Shown: positions 50,239-61,600 of the stretch, one piece after another
Position numbering within the stretch: the stretch's first letter is position 1
Layout: each line of letters opens with the position of its first letter
NCBI GenBank assembly: GCA_030704615.1
Contig: CM060734.1
Location: 59,582,001-59,646,000, forward strand
Reading direction: 5' to 3'
Source: Takakia lepidozioides
Taxonomy: Eukaryota > Plantae > Bryophyta
Length of the DNA: 64,000 bases
Program-made: the position numbers and the translations under genes
The notes under the pieces: generated by a model
Told to the model about the DNA's origin: nothing
Database searches by the model: none
What the model saw: the letters and a program-made list of their open reading frames with translations, nothing else

Positions 50239-51389
50239 GAATCTAGGCACATGTGTTGTAGTCGTGGCAGGAGGAGTAGTAGCACCTTCTGCAGAAGTAC
50301 CGACACTACTTTTTCCACTACTAGTGCTGGCCGTGGGAGAGATTAGTGCTGATGCCGCTACTGGTCGCGGTGTGTCTCGAGTAATGGAGACGTAGTCAGG
50401 TGACCAATACATCCTTCACTCCTCAATCTCTGCTTCATGTCCTTGCCTGAACTTGTGGTAATCGTCCATAGGTGGGCCTTCCAAATGCTGGAACAATCCC
50501 TTCTACGCCATGAATGGGGTGAACAGCTGTGGATTGCGCATCTGCTGCAAATCACACCAACTGTCGAACTCCTGGATAAAGTCATCTAGTTTGATTGTGC
50601 CCACCGCTCTAGAGTACCTACGAGGCCCCTTGGTAGCTCCATACATCTCCTCCATGTCGTCCCACAATAATGGCGAAGAAAACTGCACACCTGTTGATGA
50701 AGCCTCCGGGTCTGTGTCAGACTCTACACTAGTCGAGGGTGGAGGTGTAGGTGGTCTGAACCGAATACCTCGTCTTGTAAACCCACTCTCACTGTTACTG
50801 CTTGTAGCCGTACTTCCCTTAGAACCCTTGGGTAACTCCGTGATGACACTCACAATGTGCACCTCCCCCACGTGATACTATAAGGCTCTAGTACTAATTC
50901 TAATAGTGAGACGGGTGGGCACTTGTTGCAGTTTACGGGTCATATCCCAGTGGCTCAGGGCACCTGCACCTGCATCCACCGCAAGGACTCCTATGGTATG
51001 ATGGTCATCAACCCAGTCTCACCATAGAAGAAACATTGGTGGTCTTGCTGGTCATCACTCCAGGCTCACCACCGACAACATACTCTAGGATTGACCGGTG
51101 ATCAAATCCGGCCTAATCCCTATGAAAGCAAGCGCCCACACAAAACCAACATGGCGCACAGTGCATACAGGTGTTGGGGGGGATCCAAACACAAGAAATC
51201 AAAACATCAACACCCCCACACCAAAATCCATCTGCAGTGTTGCTCCTGCAGAATATCCCAGTCCAAAAATCTCGGATTGACTGGCCTCCACCAAGAAAGG
51301 CTTTGGCAACTACAAGTACAAAGTAATGAAAATAGTAAAGAGATGGAGGGGAAGAATAGAGGCCCGACCAAGCAAGATCTAATCCTGAT

Positions 51390-52133
51390 CTATGCTATCA
51401 ACTGCCAGACTTTTCTCAAAGTGCCTCGCTCTTCATGATGGTAAGGTGTGGGAGGTATATCTATGTCCAGAAACCTGCCACTAATCTTATCCCAAGCTAC
51501 AGTAGCTCTCTCTAACCAACCCTCTTCCTCTCTCTGCCAGGTAGAGACAAAGCAATACTCCCATATCTCCCGCTCATTGAATACTAAAGAAAATAAATTT
51601 AGGGTTTGACAGTCTCTCAACTCGAAAGCTTTGAGACGGTTGCGGGTGTCCTCGTTGCGAATGACTGCATGTCCTTCAAGCAGAACAAACTTTTCATTGC
51701 TAATGAACCCCCGCTCGTGGTTGCCTCGTGCAGAGCATGTCCGGCTGCAACCATGTCTGACTGCAAAAAACTTGTGTAGCTCCTGCTCCTCTGCTCCAGT
51801 ACACCACGGCCTTGTGGCTGAACACCTTGGTCCCCGGGGCTGTCTTTGGCTATGCTCCAAGCCTAGCTTCCACCCACTTTGGTATTTCACCTACAGCTAC
51901 AGAATTGTTTGCTCCAACAGAGTTCTGACTGTCCAAAGCAATACCTCAACGCCAACTACAGCAGTTTGTTGTCTATTGCTAATGCCTGACTCCCAGTATG
52001 CAATCAACTCGTCCAAATGCTCTCCACTCAAATCAGTCTGAGTTCCTTGAGAAACATAAATCTTGTCCCCTTGTGTGCACAGGCTAAGAGAAGAGACCTG
52101 CCCTTCAATTACGTCCTCATTTCCCCCAGCCAT
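51390..52133 (-). pseudogene. ORF0 of copy C
   Basis: ORFs 51897..52133 and 51390..51890 homologous to 16825-17567. Confidence 0.6.
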
Positions 52134-53198
52134 ACAAGGAGGACATCCACAGATTTGTCTCTCATGTAGACCACAACAGGTTCTAGAAACAGAATTGTGG
52201 ATCTTTCATAGCACACTTACACTCAAAAAATTCCATAGATTTTTGGTCAGGTCCAAAAAACTAAAACCAGATAGGTAGATAGGTAGATTTCCATTTTCTA
52301 CAACTATCCCCTCAAAAACTGCGTCAAACGGAGCTCATTTGACAAAGATATGACCAACCAGGCTCTTTAAACATAACACCTTTAAGAAAAAACAAATACA
52401 AGGAAAAATCTATTTTCAATAACTTGTCTTGGTTCGCTGTTCCCTGGTTCCCTATTCCTGTATATGTGCCCAAAGCTCTAAATTGGTACCAGAGGCTCTT
52501 AGATATGGTTCAACATATTCAAGCATATCCGACTGGCATCACTCGTCTCTGTGGCAAACGCAGCCCGCCAGTCTCCCGCATGCAATCCTGTCAGCTCAAC
52601 TTGAGCAACAGACCGTTCTCGTGCAGGCACCATGGCAGCTCCAAAACCACGGGCGGCCCAGGAAGACGACGTCTCCTCACTTAATGAGAACGCTGACAGT
52701 ACCCGGGGATTCCAGTAGGACGGACATGGCTATACCTTGGGAGTTACAATGAATGGCAGGTTGGAGCCTTTTGGCAGCGGCTAGAGAGTGTTTCTGTGGT
52801 AAAGAACTTGGCAAATTGGCAGTTTGAGCCGACCAACCTTCATCTTTCTCTCAGGCCCGTACCTTTCAATCCCACTGCTGCAAATCCGAACGAGGTACCC
52901 CAGCAACCCGCCCGGTGAGTGTCTAATCTTTTCAACACCACCGCCACCAACACAGCTCACAGTGCAGCTACAGCAGATGTGAGCCGTCCAGTGGGCCTTG
53001 CTGCAAATGGCTTGCCTATAAGCTAGGTACTACTCCGCCCTGTTCTCCCTGTCCCAACTGGCAGCACTCTTGAGTTCAACTTAGGCAGGCACACTGAATC
53101 TGGCTCCCCGTACATACTGAATGCAACTCGGATCTTCAACACATGGGTAAGTTACAACTTCCAATCAACAGTAGGCTATGACCCGGCCCAATTTTCGA

Positions 53199-53969
53199 TC
53201 ACCAATTCCGTGAATGAAACAAGGTCTCTAATTCTTTTTCAACCCGCTTACTTGCCTGTTTCAAGGCCTTTGCCTTGGGTGGCCCTGGTGCTGCCTCTTC
53301 AAACTTCAGCTTCTCTTCCTCTGTCATGAGAGGTTTGCAATCCAGTGGGTTCTCCCAAATATTTTGCAACTCCCCATTGTCATTTCCGCTGGGAACTGAA
53401 CCATTCTCAGAGATCCATTTGTCTCGAATGCTTTCAAGTAGAGCTCGGTTGGGACGGTTCACATTCTGCACCTTCACATACCAGCACTGTAGTGGCTTGC
53501 GTGCAAAGTGTAGCCTCATACTCTGATAAACCTGTCTTGAGACACCAACGTAATGTAGAGTCTTTTCCTCATCGAAAATGGCATACACACTTGTCTTCGA
53601 GTCGGGTTTGCTGCAATCCGCAATCATACCCTCCTCAGTCAAGAATGCTACGAACTCGAGATCACCCAAAGATAAAGCGTCCCCACCCACTTGTGCATGT
53701 TGCCTTCGAAGTGCATCTTGCTTCCGCCTATATTCTTCTTGTGCCTGGAATGTGAGCTGCCGTGTTTTTTTCTTGGTGTTCATCGGCTGCTGCCAGCTTT
53801 TGCTTCCATTTTGGTTCTGCTGAAGAAGCACATGCAATGCCCACGGACACGGGGCGATTGTGGAGCAATCGGTGAGTCCCGGGGGTGGGGCGTGGCTTAT
53901 GACGAGTTGGAGAACTACGTCGTCATCAAGCATGCCGTTGTCTGCACCTCGACCATCATGAGCAAGCAA
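53199..53969 (-). CDS. GIY-YIG nuclease-like protein (cyanobacterial/plastid type), intronless, inside copy C
   Basis: SVYAIFDEEKTLHYVGVSRQV...HFARKPLQCWYVKV...PNRALLESIRDKWISENGSVPSGN resembles cyanobacterial GIY-YIG proteins and the N-terminal domain of GRXS16; probably C-terminally truncated. Confidence 0.8.
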   Translation of the reverse strand: MLAHDGRGADNGMLDDDVVLQLVISHAPPPGLTDCSTIAPCPWALHVLLQQNQNGSKSWQQPMNTKKKTRQLTFQAQEEYRRKQDALRRQHAQVGGDALSLGDLEFVAFLTEEGMIADCSKPDSKTSVYAIFDEEKTLHYVGVSRQVYQSMRLHFARKPLQCWYVKVQNVNRPNRALLESIRDKWISENGSVPSGNDNGELQNIWENPLDCKPLMTEEEKLKFEEAAPGPPKAKALKQASKRVEKELETLFHSRNW

Positions 53970-54098
53970 TGACTTCTACCTTAACCACTCATTAAGAGTC
54001 GTACTTTCTCTACTTCAAATACCATCAACATAGTGCTAACATAAAAGAACTCTATCTAGCTTAACACTACAAAAACTAGACAGAGCATCTCTCTCGAG

Positions 54099-54437
54099 TG
54101 ATTAAAACTAAACTCACACTATTGACACAGAAACACGAAATACAACCCAATCACTCGTTAAAATAGTCGAGCCAGGGGCACCCCAAGCTATGGGGACTCC
54201 ACCCCACAACATCCTATTCATAAGTACACTCAGATTCTAAGCAGTGAAGGAGCTCGGTCGTGTAGGCTCAACTCGAGAGAGATGAGCCGTACGACTGACG
54301 CGCTCGTGAAGATAAGATGGTTCAGGTGTCAAACTAAACTTGACACCTGACTTAACACTTGAACTAAATCCAAGTGTTACATATAAATAACTAGATTTAT
54401 TCTAGTTAGTTTCACACTGTGTTTATTTAACTTGACA
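54099..54437 (-). repeat. 5' terminal repeat X of copy C
   Basis: Direct repeat of ~40062-40403, followed by TSD GAGC. Confidence 0.92.
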
Positions 54438-55199
54438 GAGCCAATAAAACCACAATGATATGAGAAGGCAAGGTCAACTTCGCATGTTTTTTTTTTTTTA
54501 AAAAAATTATTAATAAATATTTTATTTTAATAATAAAACACAATCAACAACAAACAAGATGATTTGTCAACTACTCTGCAATCATGTGGTGATTTGTTTT
54601 AGCACAAGTTGTGGGATTATTGATTTGGCTATCGCTCCAGTGTCGACATGTTTAAGTCTGGCATACACACATATTAGACAAATCTTGCTAGCTTCTGGTC
54701 ATTGGTCGAGATGGGATTATTTAGGGAATTTTAACTTCACCCAATATGTCACATTAATGAGATGAGGCCCATTTGCCTACATGGGAAGTTAGATTTGCAT
54801 GCGTGGTATAAGAAGAGAGCAATATTCCTAACAGAATGAAACGTAGCTCTTGAGAGAGAGAAGACTAATTTATGGTGTCATTGAGCCCCCCCCCCTTCCC
54901 CACCCAAAAAAAAGGCCACAATATGGGGAAGAGGCTAGAATTACTTGCGCTAGCTTCGGCTTGCATCATACTATATGTATGGTGTCGAAGAAATACTGTG
55001 TTTTGTTGGGAAAGTGGGCTTCTTTTAAAGGTCATAACATCTTAACCAATGTTGGGCGAGTATAGGAATTTCATCATATCCACATGTTTCAATTATAGCC
55101 AATATTTTGGAGTTAGGATTATCTTGTTACACCACGAAGAGCAATATATTGGAAACAAAGTCATGAGCAACGAGGCTTTGGCTGCATAGGCATCACAGA

Positions 55200-55693
55200 A
55201 CTTTCAATGTCAACTGTCTGACATGACTATTAGTAAGCTTTTAAAGTGGAAAGATGAGTAGATTAATCTTACAAAACCTCACTCTAAGAGGGGAATGAAA
55301 GCTTTATTTCCAAGAGTTGAAAAAACTACTTTCTCTTGGTTTTCTCTTATGCAGGAAAGAGATGCAACCCTCACTTATACATCGATATGTGAGGCTGCCA
55401 AATGCTTTTACGACAAAGAGCCTCCAAACAAAGGTGAGCGCGGTCTGCTATTCTCACATGGATGGGTATAGGGCTTGAAGAAGCGGTTTGGCATTCGAGG
55501 TTTACACACGACATGGAGAGGCTGCTTCAACTAATAAGTCAAGCAAGGCAGAGGCACAGATGCATGCGATACGTGAACATGCTTCTCCAACTGATGTGTT
55601 TAACATAGATGAAACCGGACTTTTCAACAAACTCGAACCAACAAAACTCTGGCAACTAAAGCGTTTGAGTGGAAAGAAACAATTCAAAGAACG
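55200..55693 (+). pseudogene. pogo/Tigger (CENP-B HTH + DDE) transposase remnant interrupted by copy D
   Basis: TISKLLKWK, FSHGWV*GLKKRFGI, HGEAAS, DVFNIDETGLF, SGKKQFKER, then an abrupt junction to TGTCGTG. Confidence 0.85.
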
Positions 55694-58600
55694 TGTCGTG
55701 CGCATATATATCGCTACACAACTACATTGTTGTCCAAAACCACACAACACATGTGCACACCAAACACTAGTCTATTACTAGTCCACCACTAGTGCAGCCA
55801 CTAGTCCAACCACTAGGCTGCCACTAGCCACCACTAGGCTGCCACTAGTCCATCACAATCGCCCCCCTAGCTGGCGCTTAGGTCCCTCTAAGTCCAGGTA
55901 GCCACAAGATGTGATAGAGGCCATAGCCTCACTAAGTCCTCCACCACTGTCCCTACTACACTCAAACTCGATAGATCAAGAAGCCGGGTACAAGAGTTGC
56001 CCCATCATTAGTCGCCGTCTTGCAGCCTGTGAAATTGAGCCTGAGATCTCGGGTATTGACTCCTATGAGCTTGGCCTCCCATGTCTTGTTAGCTGCCACT
56101 AGTCATATCCACTGCCACTATCCCAAGTAGTGTGGACATAACCAATTTCCATCAGGAACCCTCTCAAGAGGTTGTGTCAAGCATGCCATGTGCCAACCTC
56201 TTGAGCATCGATCACACACCAGCAGAGTGGCGGCACCACAAGCATGCCCACATAGCATGCAACGCAACCCTGCATGTACCACTGTAAGGTTGGGATCTAT
56301 CCTCCCATCCACATGTGGAAGGTGACATGGCGCACAAATACGCACATGGTCCTTCCATACCATGCCATCTCGACCCTCTAGAATCAACACTCCTGAAGGC
56401 AACACCTCCCTAACCCTTAGAATCACACATCTTGTTGTGACATCCAAGGTCGTCAGCGTTGTCTGCTGCACATACTAATAGTCCCCAGGGTGGAAATGCC
56501 GAACACCTGGCCGATATCCCCCTCCACGTATAGTGGCATACCTCAATGTGTCTCGGTGTTAGGCAATAGCAAGATTTACAAAAGCCATAGGCATGACTCT
56601 CTTGAACAACTCTGCCCGCTGGGCACATGCTTGTGTCCACACATCCAGATCATCAAGGTTGAGGACATCTGCAGCCTCCTTGCGAATAGATGCAGGCAAA
56701 TCTGGCTCTCGGCCAAAGAGAAGGAAATATGGTGAGAAGGAGGCAAGTGATGCTTGCTTGCTAAACCTGGAGCCCATGGCTAACCAAGGTAGCTAAAGAT
56801 CCCAATCTCCTAGGTGTCCCTTTTGCAAGCCATACTTGCGCAAACCCCTCTTCACTGTCTGAACCACTCTTTCTGCCAAGCCATCGGCCTCGGGATGATC
56901 CCGAAAAGTGGTACGGTGGTCTATCAAGGTTTTATCACACAAAGCCTGAAACTCCCCCGAGAACTCTCTCCATTGGTCCGTGAGTACCTTAGCTGGAGCA
57001 CCGAATCGGCTAAGCACATGATCCAGGAATGCATACGTAGCCCCCTCATTAGCCTTGTCAGGCAATGGAACCAACTCAATCCACTTGGAGAAGTGCTCCA
57101 CCATCACCAACATATATCTGTGGTGGCGCATCGTCAGTAGCAACGGCCCCGCGAAGTCAAGACTCCACCTGTAGCCCAATCCCATGATGGCTATACGATG
57201 CAACTGTGGTGTAGAGGCGTTGAATGCAGCACGCACCCTGTCACACACCATGCACCTAGCCACAAATTGTTGCATCTCTGTGTGCACACCACGCCACCAA
57301 TATTGCCCCTACAGTAAACTATGAGTGCGTCGCACTCCAAAATGCCCCCAACTCCTCATGGGCATGCCGCACTAACCGTGCACGTTGTGTTGGGTGAGGC
57401 ACGATCCTCACCCGACCATCCTCCCACACTCGATCCCTTCCCACTTAAACCTCTTGGCTCGTTGTAGGATCCGATCCCTTTCCTTGGTAGTCACACTAGC
57501 TGTCGTGTCTCCAGTACGGAAGTAGTCCAACATAACCGAATCCTCATGTATATCTCTGGCACCACCTGGCTCATCACTAGCCTTAGGGTCCTCAGACACT
57601 CTGTCTACAGTCATCCCTGTTGTAGGTCCAACTTGACTTTCCGATGCCAAGATACACAAAAAGGCAGATGCATGTCATCCCGACACCATCTCCTTGTCCG
57701 TCTCACCATGCTACTGAGCTCTAGTGTCATCCTGCTGGCTCGTGCATGGATTGCGACTCAATCCATCCGCATCCCTATTGACCAAACCCGGTCGATGCAC
57801 AACCTGAAAGTCATACTCCTAGAATATTAGTGCCCACCGTGCAAGCTTCCCCGTAAGCTATTCTGACTCCATTAACCACTTGAGTGGCTGGTGATCAGTG
57901 ACAATGGTGAAGAGATTGTCGTATAGATAGCACCTGAAGTGTGCCAAGGCCCACACTGCAGCTAAGCACTCCCCCTCATATGAGCTATACTTAGACTTTG
58001 CAGCGTTGTTCGAGCGGCTAGCATAAGCCATTACAATCTCTCTTCCCTCATCATCCACCTGTGTGAGCACCGCTCCAAGCCCCAGCATGCTCCAATTGTA
58101 TACAGCTGAAAGGGACGCCCCCCTGATAGGTTGTCTCAAGATGGGCGCCGAGGTCACCTCGCCTTGAGCTCCTGAAAAGCTCGCTCTTGCTCAGCCACTC
58201 CTGGTCTACCTTGGTCAGCTTGGTTAGAGCCTTTGTAATAGCACTAAATCCCTTGACAAACCGTCTATCGTAGTTTACCAACCCCATGAAAGCTCGAACT
58301 CGGCTCACATCCGTGGGGCGTGGAATCTGTGCAATGGCCTCTACCTTAGTTTACTGCACCCCCAATCCTCCAGGATATATCATGTGGCCCAGATACTCAA
58401 TGTGGTTGTGGAAGAACTTGCATTTCCCCGGATGTAATTTCAATCCGTGCGCTCTCAAGCACTCAAACACCACCTGAAGGTGATTCTCGTGCTCTTCCAC
58501 CATAGTACTAAAGATGATGATGTCATCTATGTAGCACCAAGCAAAGTCCACCCCTGCCAGAATCTTATCCATGACTCTCTGGAACTCTGCGGGAGCGTTC

Positions 58601-61600
58601 TTAAGTCCAAATGGTAAGAACCGCCACTAATATATTCAATCCTTCCCGTGCTTATTGATCCCCCAGAATGCTGTCTTCTGCTTGTCCGCCTCCTTGATCG
58701 GCAACTGGTGATATCCGGACCGCAAGTCCAGAGTGCTAAAGACCTTGGCATGCCCAATGGCATCAAAGATCTCCTCTGGTGTGGGCATGGCATACTTATC
58801 GGACTTGGTCTGACGATTTACAGGCCGGTAGTCACCGCACCTGCGTCTCTCCGTCCAATTGCCATAGACATCCTTCTTGGCTGACATCACCGTGGCTGAA
58901 GCATACTCTCCACCAGAGAGCTCCACCAAACCAGTCTCCCAGAGATCTTGAGTCCTCATTTGAATCAAAGACCTCTCCATGTCGCTGTATCTATAGGGTC
59001 TCCGAAAGATTGGCGTGTCCGTAGCCAACTCAATACAAATCTCCTGACCCTTCAGTGCTCCCAAATCCTTCAAACTGAAGGCAAAGCAATTCCTATAAGC
59101 CCTCAGGAACCGCCGTATACGTCGTCTCTCTCCTCTAGTGACAATGGGTCCAATGTCCGGCTCCCAATTGTCCTCCGTAATTGCAACCTTAAGTCCAGTA
59201 GACTTAGAGGTAGAGGACGCGTCCGGTGGTTGCTATGCTGCAACCTCTTGAGCAGTACTCCCTGCCTGCTCAGTCAATGATAAGGCCTCATCCTGCCCCA
59301 TCATCTCATCATTGAGGACTTCCTCAACCCGAGAAGAATCCCCAACCTCATCCATCACAGCCGCCTTGGCTGCCAACTCCCTTTGAACCTCGAGCACCTC
59401 CCACGTATGCCATGGATGTCTACACCTCGTGGTCCTCACCGGCTCGCCCCCACTCACTGCCTGTACCGTCTTGGTAGGCAGAGAGACCGTCAAGGGAAGT
59501 GCACTCCACACTCTACGTTGCTCAGCCATAGCCAAGCTGATAATCCAGATCAAGCAATTGAGATCCATCGCTTGCCCCATCACTTGACAATGTGATGCCT
59601 CAGAAAGAGAAGGCACCGCCGTGGTCTCAGTGGAAAAACCCATAGCCCGCTCTCGCTTGTCGGCATTAGGCTCCACTAACTGCTGCAACTGAGCATCCCA
59701 CAGGAGGTCAGGTCCATTATCCTGGAAGGCATGCGATCCTGGGAAGCTGAGCAGTGTAGGTAGTGTTACTCGTGGTTGACCCACCTTGTTGACCACTGCC
59801 AAAGGCGGACGGTCATCATGTCTCACACCCTGAGACTGCCTCCCCATGTCTACAATGTTATCCACTATGAGGTGTGCTGGCCACTGCACCCCATCAAATG
59901 CACGCTTTGAGCAGTGCGGGTGGCATCAAGTTAGTCCACCATAACCGTGGACGATGAGCCCGTGACTCCACTGTAGCTGCATCCAGCAACATTGCTGACC
60001 CAAGCCACGACCGGACTTGATGCACACTGGCCATCACCCTGGCCCGAGAATCACCCATCAGTGGCACATTCTCCAAGATGTATGCGGGAGATACAACTTG
60101 TTGAAGCTGTAAGTGGCGCAAAACCCGCACCATCTCTCAAAACAGGCCCGACCTCGAGTCTTGCAATCCATTGTCATGCCCGACTGATGAATGCCCTTGG
60201 CAGGGCCAACCTGCCACTACCAGATCGATGGAGCCAACCCGCTCCAAATCCTGCGCCCCCAGCAACGAAATATCTGCTGGCAAGGCCTGCTGATATCCAC
60301 GAACTGCAGACACTGGCAACAACTCAGGGTACTGCTGCACTATCTGAGCAACATGACGGAGTATGATGCGTCGTGCAGTCTCATCCCTCTCCACATACAA
60401 GTAACACCAAACTCGTACACCTGCCTATAGAACAGCAGCCAACCCAGTGCTGATCCCGCCAAACAAGTTCAGAAGGCAAATGCCTTCATCCGGATACTGC
60501 CACACAATGACAACTGAGGTCCTGGTGCAATACCCGCACTCTCCTCCTCTCCTGACGGTACAAAAGCCTCTACCCAGGCTTGTTGCACATGACAATCAGC
60601 AACCCGCTCCAAATCCTTGCTGCCCGACAATGGAATGTGAGCAACCATGGCAGGCAACTCCGCCATACCATACATGTCATCCTGCTCTCCCGGAGGTGAC
60701 ATATCCTTTGAATGAGTGTTGTCATCCAACAACTCTCCAGGTCAAGTCACTGCAGCTGTGAATGCTGCCAGTGTCGGCATCTTGCCTAGTTGGGCAACCG
60801 CAACTCCTCCTATGAACATCACAGGGAGCTGCACACGTCGGCCCTCCATTGACTGCCATCCAGGCCTATAGGAAGCTGACTCCTCCCAAAAATCTAGGGT
60901 GAAGCCCATGGGGTACAACATTGCCCCACCAACAAGGACATCATACGAGACCGCGTCTGTCACAATGGCCTTGGCTCTCATCACTGAGCCATATGTAGGA
61001 TGATCCGGCTATAGTCTGATAGCCAACTCACGCCGTGTCATGCCCCGAGCCTGCTCTGATCCTCCCATAGATGTCTGTATCTGGAAAGGGCACGGCTCCA
61101 TATCTGTACTAAGCAAGTACTTTGACTGTTGTTGCTATAGCCCGTTGTGTTTGTTGCAATGGAGTCAGCTGCGGCAGTGACTCGAGGAGCAGCATGAGTT
61201 CCTGAGCCACGGGGTGCGGAGGTGGAGTTGGATCCACAGCATGGGGAGGCAAGCCGTCAGGCCAGGCTTCCTCAGTCATTCACATTGGCGCAGACAGTGT
61301 CAACGCCATCCATGGCACCTAGTTCTTGCCCGACTGTTACCGAGGCGGAGGTTACTATGCCATTGGGGAGAGCTACAAGGGCAACACCACTACCTAGTGT
61401 TGCCAAGGCTACGACAGCTAGTGTGCTGCTGGGGGCAGCCACATCTGTGTGCCAGGCTCCATTGTTCTCGGCTACCATGATTGCGACGCTGGGGGTAAGA
61501 CTAGCTAAGGTGTTCAGGTTGGCAGCTACACTCTATGAGAGTGGGGAGGTTACTTCATCTTTTGCGGAGATAGTGGGAGGTGTAGTACCGGAGGGATTCT

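Larger units (their letters stand above)
39976..54437 (-). mobile_element. DNMT-carrying Ty3/Gypsy retrotransposon, copy C (both ends present, TSD GAGC)
   Basis: Y 39976-40060, X ~40062-40403, Y 40406-40490, PPT, PHD-INT, RT/RH deletion, MTase, PR, gag, ORF0, cargo, X 54099-54437; GAGC at 39972-39975 and 54438-54441. Confidence 0.93.
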
